Assembly (NCBI GenBank): GCA_963768805.1
Contig: CAVYJI010000010.1
Location: forward strand, 163,947-227,946
From: an uncultured Bacteroidales bacterium
GTDB taxonomy: Bacteria > Bacteroidota > Bacteroidia > Bacteroidales > FEN-979
Reading direction: 5' to 3'
Length of the DNA: 64,000 nt
Position numbers and translations under genes: made by a program. Below, piece after piece: positions 20,389 through 30,872 of the stretch. Every line of letters begins with the position of its first letter. Positions within the stretch are counted from its first letter, which is position 1. The notes below the pieces were generated by a model. The model had not been told where the DNA came from. It saw only the letters and a list, made by a program, of their open reading frames with translations, and ran no database searches.

Positions 20389-21312
20389 ATGACGAAAGTA
20401 CTGATTGCTACGGATAAACCCTTTGCACCGATTGCCGTGAAAGGTATCCGCAAGGTTGTTGAAGAGGCCGGTTTCGAATTGGTCTTACTCGAGAATTATA
20501 CCAGCCAGGATGATTTCATTCACGCTGTTGCCGATGTTGATGCAGTGATAATCAGGAGTGACAAAGCCGATAAAACAGTCATCAGCAGCGGAAAGAATTT
20601 AAAGATCATCGTCAGAGCCGGTGCAGGATATGACAATATTGACTTACAGGCAGCGACTGAAAAAGGCGTTTGTGCGATGAATACCCCTGGTCAGAATTCA
20701 AATGCCGTTGCAGAACTTGCCCTCGGGATGATGGTTTATCATGCACGAAACTTTTTTAATGGGAAATCAGGTTTTGAGCTGAAAGATAAAAAACTCGGAA
20801 TACATGCTTATGGGTATGTCGGAAAGAATGTTGCACGTATAGCCCATGGGTTCGGGATGAAAGTATTTGCTTTCGACCCATTCATTCCCAAAACGGATAT
20901 TGAGAAAGATGGCGTAATTGCAGTTGACTCAGCAGAAGAGCTTTACAGCACCTGTAACTATGTCTCGCTGCATATTCCAGCCAATAGCCAGACCAAACAG
21001 TCTATTAATTATGCACTGTTATCCAAAATGCCTGCACCAGCCGTACTTGTAAATACAGCCAGGGCAGAGGTGATACAGGAAGCTGATCTCCTTAAAATAT
21101 TCGCTGACAGGAAAGACTTTGCTTATCTCTCAGATGTGGAACCTGCAAATAAAGTCGAACTGGAAGCGAACTTTAAGGGTCGTTATTTCATTACTCCCAA
21201 GAAAATGGGTGCTCAGACCGAAGAAGCCAACATCAATGCAGGCATTGCTGCGGCAAAACAAATTGTGAATTTTCTGAAAAATGGTGATAGGACATTCCAG
21301 GTAAACAAGTGA
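20389..21312 (+). CDS. serA: D-3-phosphoglycerate dehydrogenase (short type)
   Basis: RAGAGYDNID, NTPGQNSNAVAEL and VNTARAEV motifs; directly follows serC. Confidence 0.85.
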   Translation: MTKVLIATDKPFAPIAVKGIRKVVEEAGFELVLLENYTSQDDFIHAVADVDAVIIRSDKADKTVISSGKNLKIIVRAGAGYDNIDLQAATEKGVCAMNTPGQNSNAVAELALGMMVYHARNFFNGKSGFELKDKKLGIHAYGYVGKNVARIAHGFGMKVFAFDPFIPKTDIEKDGVIAVDSAEELYSTCNYVSLHIPANSQTKQSINYALLSKMPAPAVLVNTARAEVIQEADLLKIFADRKDFAYLSDVEPANKVELEANFKGRYFITPKKMGAQTEEANINAGIAAAKQIVNFLKNGDRTFQVNK

Positions 21313-21398
21313 ACTTATTTGATCTTTTTTGTCAACATTATGTCTCGAAGTAAATCATACACCTGCCGAACTTAGTATTCACTTTATTGACCTTTGCT

Positions 21399-21830
21399 AT
21401 GGACATCGAACAAGAAAAACCCACGACTTTCTTCAGGTTTGAAGATCTAAGGATCTACCATAAAGCACTCGAATATACCGAAACGGTATATTCGATGAGC
21501 CGGAATGTGAAAGACGATTCTTATGCACGGTATTTTTTTGAACGCTTTCTGACTTCTGCGACTAGTATTGCTACGAATATTGCAGAAGGATCATCGCGGA
21601 ACAAGAGTCAATTTGTATATTACCTTAAAATGGCGAAAAGTTCTGTGAGGGAATGTGTAGTACTTTCAACACTGGCGTTAAACCAAAAGTTCATAACGGC
21701 GGAGGTGTTTGACAGCTCTAAGAACCACCTGATGGAAATGACAAAAATGATCGGAGCCTTGATCGGTTCTCTACAGCGAAGCGTGAGACCCGGCGAACCA
21801 GGAGCGGAAGAGGACGAAGACAATGGTTAA
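21399..21830 (+). CDS. Four-helix-bundle protein (23S rRNA IVP/bAvd-like family)
   Basis: FRFEDLRIYHKAL...SATSIATNIAEGSSR...YLKMAKSSVRECV family signature. Confidence 0.85.
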   Translation: MDIEQEKPTTFFRFEDLRIYHKALEYTETVYSMSRNVKDDSYARYFFERFLTSATSIATNIAEGSSRNKSQFVYYLKMAKSSVRECVVLSTLALNQKFITAEVFDSSKNHLMEMTKMIGALIGSLQRSVRPGEPGAEEDEDNG

Positions 21831-21896
21831 TGTTCTTTGTCTGGATTAATTTCCGCGCTTATCACCCGATTCATTTATTTTAAAAAAAATATCTTT

Positions 21897-23144
21897 ATGG
21901 CGATATTAAAGGCTTTCAGAGGACTCAGACCTCCGAAGGAAATTGTTAAAGATTTAGCTTCCCGTCCTTATGACGTACTAGACTCTGAAGAAGCAAGAGT
22001 AGAAGCCAGTGGAAACCCTTATTCTCTTTATCACATCATTAAACCTGAAATTGACCTTCCATGCGGGATAGATTGTCATTCGCAACAAGTCTATGACAAA
22101 GCAAGGGAAAATTTTAACCTGTTTTGTGAAAAGGGATGGTTTGTGCAGGATCCTGATGATTACCTGTATATCTATGCACAAACGATGAACAATAAGACTC
22201 AATATGGTGTTGTGGGCTGTGCAGGAGTAGAAGATTACATGAATGGTATCATCAGGAAGCATGAACTTACCCGCAAGGATAAAGAAGAAGACCGTATGAA
22301 ACATGTGCGCATCACCAATGCAAACATGGAACCTGTTTTCTTCACTTATCCTGCTGTACCCAAAATTGATGCAATCGTGGCCAAATTCGTCAAAGAGAAT
22401 GCCCCGGAATATGATTTTGTTGCTGCCGATGGGATCGGGCATCATTTCTGGGTAGTCAAAGATAAGATCCTCATTGGGAAGATCGTGCAGCTTTTTGCAA
22501 AGATCCCATATACATACGTTGCGGATGGGCACCACCGCACTGCCGCAGCTGCTCTGGTCGGAAATGAGAAGAAACAAAATAACCCGAACCATACCGGGGC
22601 TGAAGAATATAATTATTTCCTCGCTGTTCATTTTCCGGATAACCAGCTCAGCATCATTGATTACAACAGGCTAGTCAAAGACCTTAACGGACTGACTTCA
22701 AAACAATTCCTGGACAAGCTCGCCTTCAATTTCAGTATTGAAGAGAAAGGTAAAGCGATCTATAAGCCTGACCGGCTTCATAATTTTAGTCTTTATCTTG
22801 ACGGAACCTGGTATTCCCTTACAGCAAAGCCAGATACATTTGTTGATACTGACCCTATTGGTGTCCTTGATGTAACCATCCTTTCACGTCTTGTCCTCGA
22901 TCATATACTGGATATTAAAGATCTTAGAACATCTACACGTATAGATTTCGTGGGTGGGATACGTGGTCTTTGCGAACTTTCAAAGCGCGTTGACAGCGGA
23001 GAGATGAGAGCAGCTTTTGCCCTTTACCCTGTTTCGATGAAACAACTGATCGACATCGCCGATTCAGGGAACATCATGCCACCTAAGACAACATGGTTTG
23101 AGCCCAAACTGAGAAGCGGACTGGTTGTACATTCATTAGAATAG
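21897..23144 (+). CDS. DUF1015 family protein
   Basis: ASRPYDV, RKHELTR, YVADGHHRTAAA and MPPKTTWFEPKLRSGL motifs; usual neighbour of serC/serA. Confidence 0.9.
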   Translation: MAILKAFRGLRPPKEIVKDLASRPYDVLDSEEARVEASGNPYSLYHIIKPEIDLPCGIDCHSQQVYDKARENFNLFCEKGWFVQDPDDYLYIYAQTMNNKTQYGVVGCAGVEDYMNGIIRKHELTRKDKEEDRMKHVRITNANMEPVFFTYPAVPKIDAIVAKFVKENAPEYDFVAADGIGHHFWVVKDKILIGKIVQLFAKIPYTYVADGHHRTAAAALVGNEKKQNNPNHTGAEEYNYFLAVHFPDNQLSIIDYNRLVKDLNGLTSKQFLDKLAFNFSIEEKGKAIYKPDRLHNFSLYLDGTWYSLTAKPDTFVDTDPIGVLDVTILSRLVLDHILDIKDLRTSTRIDFVGGIRGLCELSKRVDSGEMRAAFALYPVSMKQLIDIADSGNIMPPKTTWFEPKLRSGLVVHSLE

Positions 23145-23149
23145 ACCTG

Positions 23150-25012
23150 CTAATCGCCCATATATTCTCCGAATACTCCCTGGAGGAAAGCCTTTCCTTC
23201 AGTAAGTATTGAATCTTTGATCTCAGGTCTTATCTCCAGGAAATGATAATAATTTGTGCTGGCATCAAAAGAGAAATAAGCATCAGGACGAATCCATCCA
23301 TCACCGTCTTCAGTTGAAAAATAGGCAAATTCAGGTGTATAAGGATTGAAAAGGTTCTTACTCCAGTGAAATTGTTTATGATCAATCCCCAGCTGAGCAA
23401 GAAGCGTAGCGGCAATATCCTGTTGGTTGCCAAGTTTATGCCAACGTTTTCCCCGGAATTCATCCCTGATTACATTCCCATAAAACAATAAGGGTATTTT
23501 ATGATATTCTTTCGACTGAGGATCCCAGTTCCTGTATGAATTATGGCTATGGTCGGCAACCAATATAAATAAAGTATTGTTATACCAGGGCTGTTTTGCG
23601 ACTTTCTCAAAATATTCTCCCAGGCAATGGTCAGTGTAGTAAGCTGCATTTATGTAATTGTGCTCATTATCTCCCCATGTCAGTGGTTTCTTATAAGGCT
23701 GGTCCCAGGGCGAATGTGTACTGACAGTGAACAGTGCAGAAAAGAAAGGCTGCTTTTGATTTTCAAGATCGTGCATCTGATAATCCAGGGTATATTGGTC
23801 ATGGATACCAAGCTTCCCTCTTGGGATATTTTCTGGAAAATCGGCTCCTTCCATGATCTTGTCGAAGTTGTTAAAAATGATATAACTCTTAATATTCCCA
23901 TAGATCAACTGCCCTCCAAAATAAAATGAAGTCGAATAGCCCTCCTTTTGCAGAACCTGTGGTAGACTGGGTAGTTTAACGAATTTGTCAGGTTGCACAG
24001 TGATCGAGGAGATGGGATGTGCAGGAAATCCCCCGAAGATAGATGCCATCCCTTGTTCCGAGCGAGATCCCGGGGCATAGATGTGATCTAAGAGAATGCC
24101 GTTCTTTTCAAGTTTCTTAAACTCAGGAGTAATTCCTGATTCTCCTCCCAAATCTTCAATAAGGTCGGCCGACCAGCTTTCAAGGATCAGGATTACTATG
24201 TTGGGATGCGAAGTTTTCAGAATAGAAATGGTAGTATCCTTTCTGGTTTGATATATTTCCTTGATCTCCAATGCTGCTTTCCTGGAATCCATAAATATAT
24301 ATGGATTCAGGTTAAAATTCGGCAGGTTTTCAAAGATGCTGATATAGAGGTTAAAAAAATCATTCACTGAAGCGATATTCACGATATTGTGCTTCGAATA
24401 ATAGGATTCACTTTGATTGATAGGGATCTGCTGTATGCCTCCACGCATTCCAATGAACATCAGTGGTGGGGTGAAAAGTAGGAAAATAAGGCTGAAGAGA
24501 TAGTTCCTTTTCTCCCGGATGATGTCAACTGCGAAAAATTTGATGTAGGCAAAAAATCCGGCAAGAAACATAAACAGGAAAAGAAAAACAAGGAGTATGA
24601 ATATCCCTGATTCTGATGAATTGTATATTTCTGATGGATGACTCAGATACTTTATCACTTTGTAAGTCAGCTTTGTTTTCCATTCGCTATATATTCCAAT
24701 CTCGCCGGCAGCAGTCAATGCATAAGCAAAACAAAGGATGGCAGTATAAACTTTGTTTACCATGTTGATCCACTTGGGACTGTATAACGATTGCACCAGT
24801 AGAATAATGAAGGGGATCACCATAATATAACAGGCTGTTGCGAAATCGAGACGCAGTGCTTTTAATGGCATAGGTAAAATACCTGCAAGCGGTACTTTTT
24901 CAACCAGGATAAGCCGAAGATGATAGATTAAAAATATGATCCTGGTAAAATTGAAAAATACGATCCAGAAAAGAAACTGACGAAAAAGCGAGAAAAGAAC
25001 CTTCTTTACCAT
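23150..25012 (-). CDS. LTA synthase / sulfatase-family membrane protein
   Basis: About 5 N-terminal TM helices, then NIVILILESW, STHSPW and VADH sulfatase-like motifs. Confidence 0.88.
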   Translation of the reverse strand: MVKKVLFSLFRQFLFWIVFFNFTRIIFLIYHLRLILVEKVPLAGILPMPLKALRLDFATACYIMVIPFIILLVQSLYSPKWINMVNKVYTAILCFAYALTAAGEIGIYSEWKTKLTYKVIKYLSHPSEIYNSSESGIFILLVFLFLFMFLAGFFAYIKFFAVDIIREKRNYLFSLIFLLFTPPLMFIGMRGGIQQIPINQSESYYSKHNIVNIASVNDFFNLYISIFENLPNFNLNPYIFMDSRKAALEIKEIYQTRKDTTISILKTSHPNIVILILESWSADLIEDLGGESGITPEFKKLEKNGILLDHIYAPGSRSEQGMASIFGGFPAHPISSITVQPDKFVKLPSLPQVLQKEGYSTSFYFGGQLIYGNIKSYIIFNNFDKIMEGADFPENIPRGKLGIHDQYTLDYQMHDLENQKQPFFSALFTVSTHSPWDQPYKKPLTWGDNEHNYINAAYYTDHCLGEYFEKVAKQPWYNNTLFILVADHSHNSYRNWDPQSKEYHKIPLLFYGNVIRDEFRGKRWHKLGNQQDIAATLLAQLGIDHKQFHWSKNLFNPYTPEFAYFSTEDGDGWIRPDAYFSFDASTNYYHFLEIRPEIKDSILTEGKAFLQGVFGEYMGD

Positions 25013-25127
25013 ATGAATAAAAAGTTAAAGTTACATTATATCTTGAAAAACTTTTAATTAAATATTTTAGTATCTAATGAGAAAAAATCAAATTGTATCT
25101 TTGTTGATGACCTTGCCTTATCCTCTT

Positions 25128-25790
25128 ATGATCAATATAAAGAAGAACCTTGATTCCTTATATGCTGAGATCCCCCAGAATGTCAAGCTGATCGCCGTAT
25201 CCAAGATGCAGTCAATAGAGAGAATCCTGGAGGCATATACGGCCGGTCAAAGAAGATTTGGAGAAAACAAGGTCCAGGACCTTATTGCAAAACAGCCGCT
25301 GTTGCCAAATGATATCGAATGGCATTTTATCGGGCATCTCCAGACCAATAAAGTAAAATTTATTGCCCCTTTCATACATGTGGTCCAAAGCATCGACAGC
25401 ATGAAATTGCTTAAGGAACTTGACATGGAAGCGAAAAGGAATGGCCGAGTCATTGCCTGTATGTTACAGTTCCACATTGCAACAGAAGAAACTAAATTCG
25501 GCTTCAACTATGACGAAGCGAGTGACCTCCTGTCATCCGAAGAATTCAAGGCGTTAAAGCATGTCTGTATTACCGGGGTGATGGGAATGGCGACATTCAC
25601 CACAGATGTGAAACTAATACAAATTGAATTCAGGACATTAAAAGATTATTTCGATGCTTTGTCTAATGAATATTTTCCCTCGGACCCGGGATTCAAAGAG
25701 ATCTCTATGGGTATGTCAGGCGATTTCCGTTTAGCGATCAAACAGGGAAGCACTATGGTGAGGATCGGGAGTGCAATTTTTAGTGAATGA
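25128..25790 (+). CDS. yggS: YggS family PLP-binding protein
   Basis: LIAVSK, FGENKVQ, WHFIGHLQTNK, SMGMSGD and GSTMVRIGSAIF motifs; TATCTTTG at 25096-25103 supports the start at 25128. Confidence 0.92.
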   Translation: MINIKKNLDSLYAEIPQNVKLIAVSKMQSIERILEAYTAGQRRFGENKVQDLIAKQPLLPNDIEWHFIGHLQTNKVKFIAPFIHVVQSIDSMKLLKELDMEAKRNGRVIACMLQFHIATEETKFGFNYDEASDLLSSEEFKALKHVCITGVMGMATFTTDVKLIQIEFRTLKDYFDALSNEYFPSDPGFKEISMGMSGDFRLAIKQGSTMVRIGSAIFSE

Positions 25791-25806
25791 ATATTAAACT
25801 TATAAA

Positions 25807-26943
25807 ATGAAGAAAACACAAATTCTTATCATTATCCTGGGGTGGTCACTGGGAACAGGATGGGCAAATGCACAGAACATGGTCCCTAAAAAATGCTATC
25901 TCCATCTGCTGGGGACCATTAATAAGGATTATCCTGTTGAGATGAACCTTGTCAAGATCAATGATACAATTTATGGGGATTACTCATTTATCCAACAGGG
26001 GAAAGCTCCGTCTGGTAAAGAAAACAGTGACAATAGCATCCTTTTTAGTGGCAGGATGAGTTCCAGTGATGCTTTCACAATAAACGAACTGAATGCTGTC
26101 CAGGGAAGTGTGTTCAAAGGAAGGTTCGCCAACAGTGAGTCTATAACAGGAACCTTCGAGAGTCAAAATGGAAGTAAGCTCCCCTTTGATCTGACTGAAA
26201 AATACCCCCAAGGCAGTATCGCGATGAATGTTTATTACCGTAAGGCCTTCACACCGCTTGTCAAGAAACCGGGATCGCCCACTGCAAGCATTCAACTGGG
26301 AATGCTTCTGCCGGGTGAATCTGCCAATCCCCTGATCTCAGATTCACTGATCCACCTGATGCTGGTGAAATTCACCGGTAAACAGGTCAGAATAAACCAA
26401 CCAGAAAAGCTTCTGGACGGCATGGTACAATTTTATTTTGAAAATTACCTTTCCGGGAATGAGGCTATTTACAAAGAATCTATGGCTTCAAGTTTTTACT
26501 GGCAATCTCTGAAATTCCTGCACATTCTTATGAACGGATCACATATCCTGAGTTTTTACATTGATCATTATGCATTCACAGGTGGCGCACACGGACTGCA
26601 AACCAGGGAGTTTACATCAGTAAATTTATGGACCGGCAAGGAGATTGGGATGAAAGATATCTTCAAAGAGAATACTCAAGCACAGTTAAGTAAGATAATC
26701 AGTGATAAAATCCATTTAAAAATCAACATTCCTTCTGAACAAAACCTCAGGGATGCAGGATTCTATACTGATACGATCGAACCACCCGATAACTTCTATA
26801 TCACCCGTAAGGGGATCGGTTTTTATTATAATCAATATGATATTGCACCCTATGCATCAGGGGCGTTCGATATCTTCATCCCATTCGTTGAATTGAATGA
26901 TCTGCTTGTAGGAGGCGGTATCATAAGAGAATTGTACAGATAG
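25807..26943 (+). CDS. Exported DUF3298/DUF4163 (RsiV/PdaC-like) protein
   Basis: Signal peptide; FTGGAHG and FYYNQYDIAPYASG motifs. Confidence 0.8.
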   Translation: MKKTQILIIILGWSLGTGWANAQNMVPKKCYLHLLGTINKDYPVEMNLVKINDTIYGDYSFIQQGKAPSGKENSDNSILFSGRMSSSDAFTINELNAVQGSVFKGRFANSESITGTFESQNGSKLPFDLTEKYPQGSIAMNVYYRKAFTPLVKKPGSPTASIQLGMLLPGESANPLISDSLIHLMLVKFTGKQVRINQPEKLLDGMVQFYFENYLSGNEAIYKESMASSFYWQSLKFLHILMNGSHILSFYIDHYAFTGGAHGLQTREFTSVNLWTGKEIGMKDIFKENTQAQLSKIISDKIHLKINIPSEQNLRDAGFYTDTIEPPDNFYITRKGIGFYYNQYDIAPYASGAFDIFIPFVELNDLLVGGGIIRELYR

Positions 26944-26959
26944 AAAGAGAACCGTATTC

Positions 26960-27874
26960 TTAATGTTCAACATTCCAGTAAGAAATATCAAGGTTCACTG
27001 TTTTTGCTTCGGCACGAATAAACCTGTCCTTACCGTGAATGTCTTTCATGACAACTACGTTATCAAAACCGGTTGAAAGAAGGAGTTCCCTTATAGGCTT
27101 ACCAAACCTTTCATTGATCTCAAGATAGAGCGACCCGGGGCGCAGAAGGTGCTGAAATGCGAATTCCTCAATCACTTTGTAAAACTTCAGCGGGTCATCA
27201 TCAGGTACGAACAGCGCTTCATGGGGTTCATAACTGACAACATTCGGATGCATCGACAAACGCTCACTTTGCAGGACATAAGGAGGATTGCTTACAATGA
27301 TCATATAACCCGGAAAAGTATTCCAGTTCTGCCGGTCAAGGATATCTGCCATGAAATATTTGATGCTGCAGTGATTCAGAACAGCGTTTTCACCGGCGAG
27401 ATTTAATGCTACCTCTGAGATATCTATGCCAGTGGTATCAATACCGGGCATTCGCTTTTTAATTGTAACAGGGATGCATCCTGAACCTGTGCCAATATCA
27501 AGTAGCGACAGGTTTTCGTATTGCCGGTGGTTGTAATCACTTAGCACCAATGCTACCAGTTCCTCAGTCTCAGGTCTTGGAATGAGAACACCTTCACAGA
27601 CCTTTATTTTCGTATCAAAGAAGTGCGTCACACCGGTAATATATTGTATCGGTTTATTATCCTGAAGCTGCTGCAATGCTTCCCAAAATCGCAGTACCTC
27701 CTCCCCTCTCAATGACTTTTTGCTTTCCATATGAACATCTGCTTTGGTCCAGCCCATCCATTCCTCAAAAAGGATATACACAAACTGTGTGATTTCTTCC
27801 TGGCTATAGTTCTTTGCAAGTTTCCGCCTGAACTCCTCAAGGATTATTTTTACTGTTACAAGATCATTTTCCAT
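26960..27874 (-). CDS. prmC: Release factor glutamine methyltransferase
   Basis: PIQYITG, VLIPRPETEEL, LDIGTGSGCI and SNPPY motifs. Confidence 0.95.
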   Translation of the reverse strand: MENDLVTVKIILEEFRRKLAKNYSQEEITQFVYILFEEWMGWTKADVHMESKKSLRGEEVLRFWEALQQLQDNKPIQYITGVTHFFDTKIKVCEGVLIPRPETEELVALVLSDYNHRQYENLSLLDIGTGSGCIPVTIKKRMPGIDTTGIDISEVALNLAGENAVLNHCSIKYFMADILDRQNWNTFPGYMIIVSNPPYVLQSERLSMHPNVVSYEPHEALFVPDDDPLKFYKVIEEFAFQHLLRPGSLYLEINERFGKPIRELLLSTGFDNVVVMKDIHGKDRFIRAEAKTVNLDISYWNVEH

Positions 27875-27926
27875 ACCCCGAAGGTAAATAAAATGTATCT
27901 TCGCAAGTAAATACCGGGTCCCTGAA

Positions 27927-28538
27927 ATGTTTCCTGATGATACTTACCTGACAATCGCTTCTTCTTCCAAAGGCATTTACAAAGAAAAAGGCAGTAAATT
28001 TATTGCATTCGCATTTCCTGTATCTTCTGAAGATGCTGTCAAGATGTGTCTGTTCGAGATGAGGAAAGAGTACCATGATGCACGGCATCACTGTTACGCA
28101 TATTGTCTGCAGTATGATAAATCGACCCGGCGGACGAATGATGACGGAGAACCCTCAGGTACAGCAGGGAAACCTATCTTTGGCCAGATACAGTCGAATG
28201 ATCTTACGAATATCCTCATTGTAGTAATTCGCTATTTCGGAGGCATAAAGCTTGGAATACCGGGATTAATCAATGCATACAGAACTGCCGCGAAGGAGGC
28301 CATTGGAAATGCCACCATGGTCACAAGAACTGTAGAAGAAATTTATGAGGTTTGTTTTGAATATCCCTTAATGAATGATGTAATGAAAATATTAAAAGAA
28401 GAACATGCTTACATCATTGAACAGGAGTCTGAGAACACCTGTAAAATAAGGTTCTCCATAAGACTCTCCCTTGGCACGAAGATTATTGGCAGGTTGCAAA
28501 AGATCCAGGGGATAAAGATCAACTTCTTATCTCGGTGA
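27927..28538 (+). CDS. yigZ: YigZ/IMPACT family protein
   Basis: KGSKF, ARHHCYAY, DDGEPSGTAGKP and RYFGGIKLG motifs. Confidence 0.92.
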   Translation: MFPDDTYLTIASSSKGIYKEKGSKFIAFAFPVSSEDAVKMCLFEMRKEYHDARHHCYAYCLQYDKSTRRTNDDGEPSGTAGKPIFGQIQSNDLTNILIVVIRYFGGIKLGIPGLINAYRTAAKEAIGNATMVTRTVEEIYEVCFEYPLMNDVMKILKEEHAYIIEQESENTCKIRFSIRLSLGTKIIGRLQKIQGIKINFLSR

Positions 28539-28945
28539 ACAAGTTGTTAACATAATCTGATGCAATTTATAATAAGTCCAAGTTATAACAAAGTCGATTA
28601 ATCTCAAATTTTAACTAATTGTATATGAACAATATTCAAACTTACATTTTGATAAAAAAAGGTACAATATCGTTTAAAACATCTTCAAGTATAATGAGTT
28701 GCTAAACGCAATCATCAGATAAAAAAAAACACGGGTAATTGAGTAAAAACGGGCATTCTCAAATAAAAAATTTTTATAAAACAAGTCAAAAATATTTTTT
28801 TTTTAAACTTTTTTTTTAAATATTTGTTAATCGAAATCAGAACATCGCAACCTTGCGGATTTTTGCTTGCAGACTAAATCCAACACTCTAAATCATAGTA
28901 TATAAGAAAGAAATTTGAATATATTCTCTTGACGGTAATTTGTTA

Positions 28946-30376
28946 ATGGAAAAGAATACGCTAGAAGTTTGGGAAAATTGCCTTAAGATTATAAAGGACA
29001 ATATTAATTATCAAAGTTTCAAGACCTGGTTCCTTCCAATAAAGCCTGTACAGCTTAAGGATAATGTTCTGACTATACAGGTCCCCAGCCAGTTCTTTTA
29101 TGAATGGCTGGAAGAGCATTTTATCGGATTGCTAAAGAAGACGATCAAGAAGGAACTGGGACCAGAGGGTCGCCTGGAGTACAGTATTATAATGGATAAT
29201 ACAGACCCCGGCCCTTATACTGTTAATATTCCTACAGGTGAAAAGAAAGCCCTTGTAAATCCTTCTGTATCTATGCCTATAGACCTTAACAGGGGTAATT
29301 CGAAAGAGATCCCCAACCCATTTATCATACCCGGCCTTAAAAAAATACGTGTCAATTCCCAGCTGATCGAGAGCTATTCTTTCGACAATTTCGTGGAAGG
29401 AGATTGTAACCGGCTGGCCCGTTCGGCAGGTTATGCCGTTGCCAACAACCCTGGAAAGACTTCCTTTAACCCATTGTTGATATACAGTGGTACAGGACTT
29501 GGAAAGACCCACCTGTCTCATGCCATCGGCTTGCAGGTTAAAAATAATTTTCCTGAGAAGACGGTCCTTTACGTGACGACAGACCAGTTCATGAACCAGT
29601 TCATCGATTCTGTCAAAAACAACAACCAGAACGATTTTATTCATTTCTACCAGATGATCGATGTGCTTATCATCGATGATATCCATAACCTTGCAGGGAA
29701 AGAGAAGACACAGGATGTATTTTTCCATATATTCAATCATCTTCACCAGAAGAGCAACCAGATCATATTGACTTCTGATAAACCTCCTGTGGAAATGAAA
29801 GGCATAGAACCCCGCTTGCTTTCCCGCTTTAAATGGGGACTCTCAGCTGATCTTCAGATCCCTGACCTCGAAACACGTATCGCAATCCTTCAAAAGAAAC
29901 TTTATAACGACGGGATTGATATTCCAAATGAAGTAGTTGAATACCTTGCATACTGCATCAATACGAACATCCGTGAGCTGGAAGGCGCACTGATCTCACT
30001 CCTGGCCCAATCATCGCTGAACAAGAAAACCATCACGCTCGATCTTGCCAGGCAAATGATAGATAAATTCGTAAAGAACACTTCCCGCGAAATCTCCATA
30101 GACTACATTCAGAAAGTGGTATGTGACTATTTCAACATCCCCATCGAGATGATCCATTCCAAGACGAGGAAACGTGAGATCGTCCAGGCACGGCAGCTTT
30201 CAATGTACTTCTCAAAAAAGCATACCAAGGCTTCACTTGCCAGCATAGGACTGCATTGCGGGAATAAAGACCATGCGACTGTGCTTCATGCATGCAGGAC
30301 CGTCAATAACCTCGTGGAAACCGACAAGCAGTTCCGTACGTTCGTTGAGGAACTGGATAAGAAGATTAAATTGTGA
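28946..30376 (+). CDS. dnaA: Chromosomal replication initiator DnaA
   Basis: YSFDNFVEG, GTGLGKTHL, LIIDDIH, RLLSRF, NIRELEGAL and KDHATVLHAC motifs. Confidence 0.98.
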   Translation: MEKNTLEVWENCLKIIKDNINYQSFKTWFLPIKPVQLKDNVLTIQVPSQFFYEWLEEHFIGLLKKTIKKELGPEGRLEYSIIMDNTDPGPYTVNIPTGEKKALVNPSVSMPIDLNRGNSKEIPNPFIIPGLKKIRVNSQLIESYSFDNFVEGDCNRLARSAGYAVANNPGKTSFNPLLIYSGTGLGKTHLSHAIGLQVKNNFPEKTVLYVTTDQFMNQFIDSVKNNNQNDFIHFYQMIDVLIIDDIHNLAGKEKTQDVFFHIFNHLHQKSNQIILTSDKPPVEMKGIEPRLLSRFKWGLSADLQIPDLETRIAILQKKLYNDGIDIPNEVVEYLAYCINTNIRELEGALISLLAQSSLNKKTITLDLARQMIDKFVKNTSREISIDYIQKVVCDYFNIPIEMIHSKTRKREIVQARQLSMYFSKKHTKASLASIGLHCGNKDHATVLHACRTVNNLVETDKQFRTFVEELDKKIKL

Positions 30377-30864
30377 AGATCCTCTTTGTCTGTACCGGAA
30401 ATATCTGCCGGTCACCAATGGCTGAAGGCATTCTAAAAGAAAAACTAAAAGAGCTGAATTACCCAGCAATCGTTGATTCCGCCGGATTCGAGAATTTTCA
30501 TACCGGCGATCCAGCAGATGAAAGAGCGGTGATCACTCTCCAAAAGAAAGGTATTGATATTACAGATCATGTTGCACGGATGTTCTCTGTAGAGGATTTC
30601 GACCTGTTCGACAGGATCTATGTTATGGATTCCTTTCATTATTCGAATGTCAACCAGATGGCACGTAATGAAAAGGATATGAAAAAGGTCGATTACATCA
30701 TGAATGTTGTTACTCCCGGCTTTAACCAAAATGTGAGAGATCCCTGGTATGACGGATTCCCCGCTTTTGAAAAAGTATATGAGCAGCTGAATATTGCCTG
30801 CAGTATCCTTGCAGAAGAAATTGTTGCAGGCTCCAAATTGAAGAATCGCAGTAAATCCAAATAG
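30373..30864 (+). CDS. Low-molecular-weight protein-tyrosine phosphatase
   Basis: VCTGNICRSP P-loop; DSAG and DPWY motifs; GTG start overlaps the dnaA stop. Confidence 0.93.
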   Translation: MKILFVCTGNICRSPMAEGILKEKLKELNYPAIVDSAGFENFHTGDPADERAVITLQKKGIDITDHVARMFSVEDFDLFDRIYVMDSFHYSNVNQMARNEKDMKKVDYIMNVVTPGFNQNVRDPWYDGFPAFEKVYEQLNIACSILAEEIVAGSKLKNRSKSK

Positions 30865-30872
30865 GCGTCATT

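Noticed and set aside
21399-21830. bAvd-like gene as part of a diversity-generating retroelement
   Set aside because: No reverse transcriptase and no template/variable repeat pair seen in the window.
21978-29746. Long antisense ORFs such as 21978-22631 and 29132-29746, and the many other nested short ORFs
   Set aside because: They are fully nested opposite well-supported genes (DUF1015, dnaA) and have no recognisable motifs.
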